Assembly: GCA_013265495.1 (NCBI GenBank)
Contig: MU058836.1
Location: 372,001 to 436,000 of the forward strand
Direction: 5' to 3'
DNA length: 64,000 bases
Source: Vicugna vicugna
Lineage: Eukaryota
Part shown: positions 51,221 to 63,100 of the stretch, one piece after another
Numbering within the stretch: position 1 is the first letter of the stretch
Layout: every line of letters begins with the position of its first letter
The notes under the pieces: model-generated
The model's input: the letters and a program-made list of their open reading frames with translations, nothing else
Databases searched by the model: none
What the model was told of the DNA's origin: nothing
Program-made: the position numbers and the translations under genes

Positions 51221-54200
51221 TGAATAATAATAAAAAGTGAGGGAGGAATTAAGTCAGGAAAAAAAAAATCTTTCAAAATATGAGACGAAAATCTTGTAAA
51301 ACACTCCCTTTGTACAAAAACGTTGAACAGCATCGTCTCATCTTGTCATTTAGCAAAATGATCCAAGTAAAGGCTTCGAAAGACTTGCACACGGTGAAGG
51401 TGGCAGGCAGAGTCATCACACCTGCTGGGAACAAATTCTTTTACTTGCTGGAGAGACATTTCTGTATCCTTGTCTTTTTTTTTTTTTTTTCCTTCTTTTC
51501 CCTGAGCAGCCCAATAGTGAATAAGCTGAAAAACCCAAGTTTGTTGGGCAGAGTGAGATTTATCATTAAGGATTAATGGAATGTGGGGCTTGGCCAAGGA
51601 CCTGAGCCCCTGTAGTGTTTTCACGTGGTGATAAATTCTGCTGTTGTGTTGGCAGACAAGTGTCTGAACTTTCTGCTTAGAAGTTCTTGAGGTGCACAGG
51701 TTTTAGGAGTAATCTTACTTGCTGAAAGTAGACTGGAGATTGCAAGGGAAAAGACATTCCTTAGCTATCATTTAAAAAAAATGTTCCTAATTCTTGGGTT
51801 ATCTGCCAGTTCCACACATAAACACTTTGGGTGTTTTTCCTTTTTACTCAGAGCAGGGGCGGGACAACCAGTGAATCTGAATGCGCCAGTTGGTTAGTTG
51901 AATAAAGGGGAAGGACCACTTTCTGCTGGCTTCTGCTAGCGTCGGAGGCCAAGAGAAGAAAAAAATAAATCACAGCCTCCTTGGGTAGGAGAGCTTGAAA
52001 GTGTTCGTGATTCACGCAAGCCCAGTCATGGTTTACCTTTCCAGAAAGCAGCCTGCTTAGGGCTTGCATCCTGATGACGTAGTTAGATCAGGAACCATAG
52101 TGTGGAGAGAGACAGACAGACCAGGTGCCAGCCTTGTGTAATCATTTTTGTCAAATATAAGAAATTAGACCGGAGAGGTCATCGCGTTGCCTGGGTGGGG
52201 GGCCTCGTGTATCACAGATACAGGCAGACTCGGGACAATTCTCGTCTACACGAAGTGACTTGTCTTGAGTTTTCTGAGCAAACCACAAACACCAGGCAAT
52301 GCGCACATCTCAGAGGCAGCAGGGTGGGATTTTTGTGGGCTTTTCCCCAAATAAAAGAAATTTTGGTAAGACTTTCTTAGACGCTCAACCGTATGTCATG
52401 TTTTGTTTTTGGTGTTTTCCTCAGAAGGTCACAGAGAGCAAGGGAAGTTGTTAAAATGGTTTCTGGATCCATTCAGTGGAACTGTAGAATTCAGGCTTTG
52501 TGTGGCTGGCCAGGCCTCCTGTGCCAGGAACAGCTCTGGCCGTGAAGACGTGCCCAAGGCCTGAGATGGTGAAGCCTTCAAACCCACAGAGGAGCTACTC
52601 AGTGCACACAGTGTGGTCCCTCGCGATGTGGAAGATGCCTCTGCAGCTTCTGCTTACTCTGCGTCGCAATCAGTTCTGTAATGAAGACCCAGCAGCTATC
52701 TGCTACTTCCCTTTAATTTTACAATTTTTATAATGAGCGTTCTGGTAGTGTGCAAAGTGTCTGTGGAAACGCAGCCAGCATGCTGAGGAGTCTAGGAAGG
52801 AACACCGCGGTTTTCTGTCTCTGCCTTTTGGGTGAGGTTTGGCTCTAGAGGAGAGAGGTCAGTCCTCTCTCGCTCTCAAGGCTCAGGCCGGAATGGCTTC
52901 AGAGATTGCAGGGAACTTGCTGATGGAGCCATGACATTTCAGAGAACGCATTCCACCCGAAGAAGGGTTTCCCGTCATTGGCAAGAACAAGATGATCTGG
53001 GATCTCACGTCAGGGTTGCATTTTGGGAATTTCAGCAGGAGGCGTCGTCTTGGTTTTGTTTTGTTTCTCTGGGAGAATACTGTCAGGGTGCTTCGTAGAG
53101 CTGGAGTTATCTAGTGAACGCAGATTCTCCTTCATGGACAATGAAATCCAGAGCTCCTGAGATACCAGCCTGTTTCCTCCCTTTCTTTTCTAGTCCCTTC
53201 TCTCCTCTTTTATCTCCTTGTTCAAATCACACGCTTCCTTTCCTGAGGACAGGAGAGCTGGCAGGCTGCCTATTGGCCTGTTGGCCTCAGTTAGCCTTAT
53301 ATCATTGCAAAGGAATGTGTGAATTCTCCAGGAGGTATGTACTCTCTCTTTCTGTATTAGACATTCACAACCTGCTTCAGGACAGGTCCCTCAGCCAGAA
53401 GGGCTTATTCTTTCCATATATGATGTTTTGTTTTGGTCATTTGGATTAGATCATCTCATTTTACTAACGATCCCAAAGGCATCTGTTGGGAAATATTACT
53501 CCAACATGCTCTGTAAAGCTTGAAAACTTTATTCAGGAGAATAAACCTAAAAAAGAGAGAACCTGAAGACTAGCATCCTTGGCCAGAGGGTGACTGGGTT
53601 ATTAGTCAGCAGATTGCCTGCTTCAGACTCTGTGCTTATGTACGAGGTCCCAGAGGTAGACCAGGCTGAACGCATGGAACCGAGGCCACCCACGGGCACG
53701 GGCAGGACGCAGGGTCTCGGGCTATTTCTCCGCTACTGTTTCAATACAGTAGCATGTTGGGGGGTTACATATGTGATTGCAGATTAATCCTTTCTCTTGT
53801 GGAAATTTGGTTTTGAAGAACAGCTGTGTCTCCCTTCTGAATTCCTTAATTATTTATCCTCCCTGATATGTTAGACCTTTCATTAGGGTGGTGAATTGCC
53901 AAGAGTGCACAGAACTGCTTAGATCATGTAGCGAACAGTGTAAACATTGGATAGGGCATTTGAAGACACCACATGGTGAGCCAGGATCTATAGTTGTACC
54001 AAATGATGTGGGATGGATGGAGGTAGCTTGTGGTGGGACATTCTTTGTTGGCTTATTTTTATCACTATAATATGGGAATAGTATATATGTCATTTGCACT
54101 TAATTCAGAAGTGTTCTAACAGAACTGCTGTTCAATCTGGAGGGTACATGCCTGTATCTTGAGTTCAGATTAAATCAAGAAAATTACTTGTTTCATATAT

Positions 54201-57200
54201 ACATACATGAAGACATGTACATACGTATGTACAAGGGCCAGGCACCTCATGGCATATGTGCGTGTGTGTGTGTGTGTGTGTTCTATATTTGCATTACGTG
54301 ACTTGATTCTGTAACTACTGTTCCTTTTCACAAAAAAGGAGATTTTAGCTCAATTTCTTGATCCAGGACTGTTTGCAAAGATGCTTTAAATGATTTTTAA
54401 ATTATTAGAACTCCCACTTGGACCATGACAAGTGTAAATGATAAGTAGTGATGTAGAACATGCCTTGTTGCTAAGTGTAGCAACCCACATTCACAAGCGG
54501 ATTAGTCAGTGATTCCCCTCCCTCTCGTTTTTCATCCTCAGCTTGCAAATTCCTCCTTCGTCCCAAACAATGCTCCTGGGGCTTGCAGTTAGAAGTGTTC
54601 ACCTCCCAACACACCCCACAACTCCCCGACCTCGTCCTATCAACAGTTTCTGATCTGCAAATACATCGGTGGAATGATCTTGAAGTTCCTGATGTTTGTT
54701 TTTCTAGCTGAACTATTGCAAAGTTTATGCATTCCACTGCCTGTCCTTGGAACAGTGGTTTTCCCACTCATAAGAAAGGAAAGTAAGGAAGATGCTAAAT
54801 AACTAAAACCTCTGAGAATCGTGTTGCAGAAGAACTGGGGAGTTCAGTGTCTCACAAGTGAAACGAGGTTTCTGGAGTGGACAGAGGAACACCTGCCGGT
54901 GTTTCTGGTGTTATTTCTCCAAGGCTTTGAAGGTTATAATTAGTTGCTACTGAATGCCTGTTCCTGTGGTGCTTCACAACTTTATTTCTGGTCCACAGTC
55001 TGGTCAGAGAACAGGTTAGGTCCGGGCAAGGCCTGCATGTTTGAATTCGGAGATGGTTGGGATTTTGAGTTGAAGACCACGTCGGTGCCTCTGGGCCATG
55101 CCAGCTTAGGGGACGGTGCTGGCCGAGCTGACTGGGGTGAGGGCTGGTGGTGGCTGGACTGTGAGAGCTCCCTCAAACACCAAGGGCACTCGCTTCTCCA
55201 GTCGTGTCTGGGCCGTGAGTTGGAAGGACACACGAAGAAACCGTGGATTATCCCCTTTCACATTCGTGGCAGAAAAATGGACGCATCATGACCCCTGGAA
55301 TTCTGAGCACAGAAAGTGGGCGGGCAGAGCGTAGAAGTGAACGTTGATGTCCTTCAGATTGAAAAAGAGCAGCCTGTGGCCATCCCTTCCCTTCCCCCAT
55401 TCTCCTGTGTATATTCCAGGTGTTTAACAAGATATCTGGATTTTCTTGAAATATGCCTTCAAGAGTTCGTTGAATAGGGAAAGTTGGGTTTTAGGTTTCC
55501 CGTTAAAACCCCACCTTTGGAAAACCCAAACTATAAATGTCAATGGAACAATCCAGCAACTGGTAATCAGTGGTCCTGAAGAGGAGTGAATCCTCAGGAT
55601 GGTCTAGGGGGTTTGCATTAGGATGACTTAGGTGCCAGATTATTCGAGAACAAACCCATCTTCATCTGCCTGCTAAGGCACCATCATGGGTGGTGTTGAG
55701 TCTAGTCCTCCAGCACCTGATTGACCCTGAGGGGCCTGGAGTGGTTGCACTGGGAATGGGAGGTAGGGGCAGGGGGTGGTGCTCGAGTGATTTGGAGATG
55801 CATCTCATGACCTTTTGAAATAGCATTTCTATCTTTCTCGGTAGTTCAGAAGCTTCCTCTTCTGCTTTTGATTTTGCTGATTTGGTCAGTGGGGGAAGAA
55901 GATATGGCTAATCTCATTATCAAAGTAGTATTTTTTAAAAAAGCACGTTGAGAAGAGATCAAGGCTTTTCACTTTCAGTGATGATTTTGGTAGCAGATCA
56001 GTGTCTCGTTTAGCCTTTTAGGGTTGCTGTTCTTTCTCGGTTGATGAAACAGTCCAATATGCGAGAGCGTATTTCTCATCTTTGCTCCCATCTTTGTTGT
56101 CGGTTTCTCAGAGGATTACCATCTGCTGCAAAAACATGCTCGGGTTGATGGATGGGTCATCCTCAGGTCCAGTTTTCTTTGTCTCTCTCCTCCCCTGTTC
56201 CCGGCTCCTCCTCCTCCTGTCGCTTCTGGCCCGTGTGTACACCCTCAGTCTCATAAACACATCAGGCTTCTGTGTCTTTGATTGTTAAGGCCATGCTGGC
56301 AATTTCTGTTTTCTTCTCCTGTCAGTGTCTCCAGGAGAAATGTGCGCACAAAGACAAAATGGCTTTCAGCGGAGGCTACATCCTCATTTCAGGACTCAGA
56401 TTGAAGGCCATTCAGCGGGTACCTGACGCTGGTTCTCTCGGCAGCCTGGAGATTAACCTCTTCTAAGGCTCTGAGCTATTTTTGAGGTAGAGTCTGCAAC
56501 ATTAAAGCTAGAACCCATTAGCAAATCACTTTCATCATCTCTTCTTTTTCCAAATCAGTGGCTTTTTTTTTTTTTCTGATCTCCTAACCCTTTAATCTCC
56601 TTTGTAGCGGAACAAGGAGACCGTTGGTTTGTGTTTGCATCCAGCGAAGTTTGAATCCTTGATAACAGCCTTGGAAGGCACCAAGATGTTAGAGAACCGT
56701 GCAGAGAGATGAGTTTCATCTCGGGTGGATGACTTCATGCCAAAGGTGCCCTGCTTTTTCCATGGGCAGATCCGTCATTTTGGGGGGTTGATGTTGTGCA
56801 AATTAGGCTCCAGCTTCCCAAAAGACACCCAGCAGAAAGCCTTTTGTTGCGTTATTTCTAAAGGCTTGAAGTTTTGAAGGGAAGAGATTTTGTTTTCCTC
56901 TCGGCTACACAATGGAGCTTTCAGAGAACCTCTTTTAAAAGGAATAGCTACAGCCTTTGTGTTGAAGGGTGTGCCTGTTGGCAGGGTCTGCTGATGCAGA
57001 CAGACTGGCTGGTGATTAACAAAGGTCATTAGACTTTGGAATCTGGCAAGCAGAGTCGGATGGTATGTCTTCTGTGTGTGGAAGGACGACTCCCAAGAAG
57101 CCAAGGCATTCTGGAGGTTCCCCCCTCCAGCCCACCCTCACCCCCACCCCCCACCCCAAATCCTGCTATAGCCCAGGGTCTGGTCCAGGACCGTCCTGCA

Positions 57201-59404
57201 ATAACCAGGGCTGTGCTGGGACTCAGGACCCAGCCCATCAATCATGGGATAAAAGAACCTTCGGAGATCCTGGTGAATGACATTCGAGGAGGAGAAAGGT
57301 GCTGCTTTTTCGGGAAGGGAGGCAAACAGTTCCTTCTTTGTTGGGAGGAGAGGAGCAGAGGGGGGGCCCAGGCCGCTCCCCTCCTGTTCATCCTGAGAGC
57401 CCGCCCAGCAGCACCCCAGAGAAGCCATGTCGTGCTCGGAGGAGCAGCCCTGAGCTAAAATGGCCGCACCTAAAGCCCAGAGGACTAGGGCAGCTTAGTG
57501 AGTCTTAGAGCTCGAGTGACGCAGGGGCTCCTATCTCTTCAAAGTGTGATAAACACATTCAGCAGAGCTGTGGCTTGTTTGGCGGAGATGAAAGGACTAA
57601 GCTGGGGTGGGGGTGGGGAGCGCACACTGAGGGTTTTTTTTTTTTTTTTTTTTCCCCTTCTGTGAAGTGTTCTAAATGCAGGAGGAGTCGTCTGCACTAT
57701 GGAAAAATTTGTTTTCAGGTCTAATGGGCTAGGCGAAAGGAGAAGTGGGGTGGGGCCTCCGGGACGGCTGTAATTTGATCCAGAGCTGATAGCAACCTCT
57801 TCTACACACGTTGGGTTGGGGCGGCTGGGACATAAAAGCTGGTGGAGCTGGGAATATGGAGACTGAGTTAGCTGCAAAGACTCTGGTGCACCGTTTGTGT
57901 GTTTATTGGGGGGGAAAAAAGGGATAAATTCCTGGGTGGAAGAAGAGGAGGTAAATAGCTGTGTCTCACTCTGCAAGCTCAGGCGGTCCAGAGCTGGACT
58001 TGCCAGAAGTTATTTTAGCAGGCGGTATCAGCAGGAGCATTCTTTCAGAGAAAATCCTGCCATAGTGCCTTGCACTGCTTTGACATATCACTGGACGTTC
58101 CTCCTCCTGCAGAAGTCATTGCCCTTTGACAATACAAGTAGAGAAAAGTTTCCTATGCAATAAAAGTAGAGAAAGATGTGGCTTATGACTTTAGTTCTTG
58201 GGCATCTTGTTCTAGATTACAGCAACTCAGTAGCGTTTGCAGCGAGCTCAGTGAAGTAACTCACTCATTAAGATAATAACTGGGTATCTCCATGCAGGAT
58301 GTAGGTGACGAGAGGCAGCACTGTGCCTTATAAGACATTTTTTAACTTCTTAACAGTGAGCCTCTCCATTGAGATCTTGGGACACTCTCTGGATCTTTCA
58401 ATCACACCGTAAACAACAGAACAAAGGTAGCTGGGCAAGTTTTGCTTTTTCTAAATCAGGTTCGCTGCTTTTTTTTGTTTTTATGGCCAAGGAGGCACCT
58501 CACATTTGTAAAGGGCAGAAATGGAAAAAAGAGAAAGTCCTGACTTAGAAGCCATTCTTCCAAACCACGCCTTTCTGTCGCCTTAATGTAAATGGAGGGT
58601 ACCAAGGTGCAGCCTGAAACTCGGATCTGGACTGTCATCTGAAGTTGCGTGTTTGAGAATCTCGTGAGAAATATTTTATGACCTAATTAGATTAGAGAAG
58701 CTGTTAGGTTATAATTGGTAGGTAGTAAAAAGCAAATAACCATTTAGCTCATGAAAAAAAGAAACTAAACTGTTTGAGGCAGGGAGGAAGGAGGTGTACC
58801 CCAATATCACTTAAGATAGTAGGAGAAGAAAATGTACAATAAAAGCTCTTGCGACTGCCACTCCGAGATTCAATGCGCATTCACCATTTGGTGATAAAAC
58901 ATCGATTTTCTAGTATTAAAACAGCTAATGAAGGCTGAAGTTTGTCCTTTCTTCCATACAGGCCTCCTGTTTACTTCTGAGAAGGTTCTGGTTCAAAAAG
59001 AAAATGGGTCCCAGCCAGAATCAAAATCAGTATTAACTTTACTAAGAAATTTGAATTCAGTCAAGCAATTCAGAAACTACTCAAACTTTGGAAGTATTCA
59101 GGGTTTCCTTGACAAATGGCGTTTGAAGATATATAATATCAAGATTGAAAAAGTTTATCTGTTTTTTTTCCCTTTTTTTGAAGTTATGAAGTCAAGGACA
59201 TCATCCCTATTATGTCTGACTTTCTTTTCTTTGGCTGGTGCTCCATCTGGCCAAGTTCAGCATGAGAAATCTGCCGATGTTGGAAATTTTTCCATTCATG
59301 GACTTGCAGCCTATCAGCTTGGGGCATGCAGTTAGCACAGTCCTTAAGGTGTTTTGTTCTGACTTCTGCCTCAGGTTCCTAATGTGAGAGAGTAGACCCA
59401 GATC

Positions 59405-59624
59405 ATGGAGGTGCTTCAGTGCGATGGCTGTGACTTCAGAGCGCCGTCTTATGAAGATCTCAAGGCTCACATCCAGGATGTCCACACGGCATTTCTGCAG
59501 CCGACGGACGTTGCCGAAGACAATGCGAATGAGCCAAGATCTGGGTCCATGAATGCCAGTAACCAGACAGAGGTGGAGTTTTCATCCATAAAGGATGAAT
59601 TTGCAATTGCAGAGGATTTATCAG
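59405..59624 (+). CDS. ZNF462: ZNF462 first coding exon (exon 2; exon spans 59375-59624), 73 codons + 1 nt, containing C2H2 finger 1
   Basis: Translation MEVLQCDGCDFRAPSYEDLKAHIQDVH...IKDEFAIAEDLSG is recognisable as the ZNF462 N-terminus. ATG has a strong Kozak context (atcATGG). Acceptor ttctgcctcag|G at 59374/5 and donor CAG|gtaaat at 59624/5. Confidence 0.96.
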
Positions 59625-60171
59625 GTAAATGTGTCTCGGCCTTGGCATAGCTGACGTATTTTGCTGGCCTCATCTCTCTTGAGCTGTGGTTCTCGACGTA
59701 CATGGCTTCTACAGAGCTTCCTGCTCTTTGTGAGCCATTTCTGTGGTGGAGGCACCATGTTTCTCTTCTTGAGTAGCCTAGGTTTATTGTCCTTTCAGCT
59801 TCCTTATGTCTCTTAGTTTCCCTTCAATTTGGAGAACAGTGTAGTATCTTGGAAAGTTCTAGAAGGAATACTGCAGTTTGTGAAACTTACATTTTCCTAG
59901 CTCTGTGGCACATGGATAGAGATGAGGTGAGTATCGTATCTGAAGGCCAATGCTGCATCTTCGTACATGAGAAGCAACATGCGTATGTTCATCAAGGCTT
60001 AATTAACATTCTTCAGGGTCTCATCGTGAGATGTTCAGTCTTTCAGTCTTTTGAACGTGATGTTTATTAATGAAGAAGAATTGAAAAGAAAAACTGATTT
60101 GCATGGTTGAGTTTCTTGATTCTCTTTTGCTTTGCATTTCTCTTCCCACTTACCTTATGCTCTCTCTTTAG
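59625..60171 (+). other. ZNF462: ZNF462 intron 2 (547 nt, GT-AG, phase 1)
   Basis: Begins gtaaat and ends with a long pyrimidine tract and tag; the reading frame is preserved across the junction. Confidence 0.93.
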
Positions 60172-63100
60172 GTCAAAATGCAACTGCGTTGGGCACCGGA
60201 AGTTACTATGGCCATAGTCCAGGATATTACGGTCAGCATATTGCCCCTAATCCCAAACCAACAAACAAGTTTTTTCAGTGCAAGTTCTGCGTACGCTACT
60301 TCAGGTCAAAAAACCTCCTCATCGAACACACTAGGAAGGTCCATGGAGCTCAAGCTGAAGGGAGTTCGGTGGGCCCCCCTGTTCCAGGGTCCTTAAACTA
60401 TAATATCATGATGCATGAGGGATTTGGAAAGGTCTTCTCCTGCCAGTTTTGCACGTACAAGTCACCACGGAGGGCAAGAATAATTAAGCATCAGAAGATG
60501 TATCACAAGAACAATTTGAAGGAGACCACTGCTCCTCCCCCAGCCCCTGCTCCGGTGCCAGACCCAGTGGTCCCACCCGTGTCTCTGCAGGACCCCTGCA
60601 AGGAACTGCCCGCGGAGGTGGTGGAGCGCAGCATCTTAGAATCCATGGTCAAGCCTTTGACCAAGTCTCGAGGCAACTTTTGCTGCGAGTGGTGCAGCTA
60701 TCAGACCCCCCGCCGAGAACGCTGGTGTGACCACATGATGAAGAAGCACCGCAGCATGGTCAAGATCCTTTCCAGTCTCAGGCAGCAGCAAGAAGGGACT
60801 AACCTGCCTGATGTGCAGAACAAGAACGCCCCCAGCCCCCCTTCCAATTCCACCTATTTGTCCATGAACGCCTCCAGCCGGGAGATGCCCAACGCGAACG
60901 TCTCCAACTACAGGGGCTCCGTCGGCAATTCCATCATGAGACCCAACTCTTCTTCTGCTTCCAAGTTTTCACCCATGTCTTATCCTCAGATGAAGCCGAA
61001 GTCACCTCACAATTCCGGCCTCGTTAACTTGGCGGAGAGATCCCGTTACGGAATGACTGACATGAGCAGTTCTCCTGCCGACCTGGAAACGAACAGCATG
61101 CTGAATGACTCGAGTTCTGATGAAGAGTTAAATGAGATAGACAGTGAGAACGGTTTGAATGCCATGGATCACCAGACAGCAGGCATGTCTGCGGAGCAGC
61201 TGATGGGCTCCGACGGCAACAAGTTACTGGAGACCAAGGGGATTCCGTTTAGAAGGTTCATGAATAGGTTCCAGTGCCCCTTTTGTCCTTTCCTCACCAT
61301 GCATCGGCGTAGCATCTCCCGCCACATAGAAAACATCCACTTATCTGGAAAGACCGCTGTCTACAAATGTGACGAATGTCCGTTTACTTGCAAGAGCTCA
61401 TTAAAACTCGGGGCTCACAAACAGTGTCACACGGGTACCACATCAGATTGGGATGCTGTGAATTCCCAGAGTGAAAGCATTTCTTCCTCACTGAATGAAG
61501 GCGTACTGTCTTACGAGAGCTCCAGCATCAACGGTAGAAAGTCGGGGATCATGCTGGACTCCTTGCAGCAGCAGCAGCCGCCACCCCCACCACCCCCGCC
61601 TCCTCCACCACCTCCGTCACATCCGCAGCCACCACAGCTACAGCCGCAACATCAGGTGCCACCCCAGCCCCAGCCACCGCCGCCCCCACCACCACCTGCG
61701 CCAGCCCCGCCCCTGCACCCGTACAAGTGCACCATGTGTAGTTACTCCACCACGACTCTGAAAGGGCTGAGAGTCCATCAGCAGCACAAACACTCCTTCT
61801 GCGACAACTTGCCAAAATTCGAGGGGCAACCCTCAAGCCTGCCATTGGAGAGTGAGACCGACAGCCACCCCTCTTCCAGCAACACTGTGAAGAAAAGCCA
61901 GACCTCAATTCTTGGGTTGTCTTCCAAGAACAATTTTGTCGCTAAGGCCGCCAGGAAACTCGCGAATGACTTCCCTCTTGACTTATCACCCGTGAAGAAG
62001 AGGACCAGGATTGATGAGATCGCAAGCAACCTGCAGAGCAAAATTAACCAAACCAAACAGCAGGAAGATGCGGTGATCAATGTGGAGGATGATGAGGAGG
62101 AAGAGGAAGACCACGAGGTGGAGATCGAGGTGGAGCTGGACAGGGAGGAAGAGACAACAGAGACCATCATGGAGGGGCCCACCCCCTTCTCTGCCCAACA
62201 GATCTGGGCGAGAGATGCCCCTGAGCCCCAGAAGGAGCCCAGCTTCAGAACTGTCACCCATGATTACAACGCCACCAATGGGGCCGAGATAGAGCTCACC
62301 CTTTCCGAAGATGAAGAGGATTATTACGGCTCGTCCACGAATGTGAAAGATCACCAGGTTTCCAGTACGGCTCTGCTCAGCACTCCGACTCCTATCTACG
62401 GAACTGAGCATAATAATGAAAACACGGACTTTAGCGACTCGGGAAGGCTTTATTATTGCAAACACTGTGACTTTAACAACAAATCTGCCCGGAGCGTCAG
62501 TACCCACTACCAGCGCATGCATCCGTACATTAAGTTCAGCTTTCGGTACATCTTGGACCCCAACGATCACAGCGCAGTGTACCGATGCCTGGAATGCTAC
62601 ATCGATTACACCAACTTTGAAGACCTGCAGCAGCATTACGGTGAGCACCACCCAGAAGCCATGAATGTCCTCAACTTTGACCACTCGGACCTGATCTACC
62701 GGTGTCGCTTTTGTTCCTACACGAGCCCGAACGTCCGAAGCCTGATGCCGCATTACCAAAGAATGCATCCCACCGTGAAGATTAACAACGCGATGATCTT
62801 TTCGAGCTACGTGGTGGAGCAGCAGGAGGGGCTGAACACGGAATCCCAGACGCTGAGGGAGATTCTGAACTCGGCTCCCAAGAGCATGGCCACGTCCACC
62901 CCGGTGGCCCGTGGTGGCGGTCTGCCAGCCCCGTTCAGTAAAAACACTCCTTCGAAGACTTTTCCTCCAGAATGTGAAAATCAGAAGGACCCCTCGGTCA
63001 ACACCGTTGTCGTTTACGACTGTGACGTCTGCTCCTTCGCGAGCCCCAACATGCACTCCGTGTTGGTTCATTATCAGAAGAAACACCCCGAAGAAAAGGC

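Larger units (their letters stand above)
7031..59374 (+). other. ZNF462: ZNF462 intron 1 (~52.3 kb)
   Basis: gtaagt at 7031 and ctcag ending at 59374; no credible protein-coding exon recognised in between; repeats throughout. Confidence 0.78.

Noticed and set aside
59625..59650. ORF-track tail of the exon-2 ORF (KCVSALA*)
   Set aside because: Read-through into intron 2; the donor at 59624/5 and the in-frame exon 3 explain the true CDS.
61986..63086. 366-aa minus-strand ORF (also 63171-63791 and 61778-62257)
   Set aside because: Antisense shadows of the GC3-rich ZNF462 coding frame with no independent protein features.
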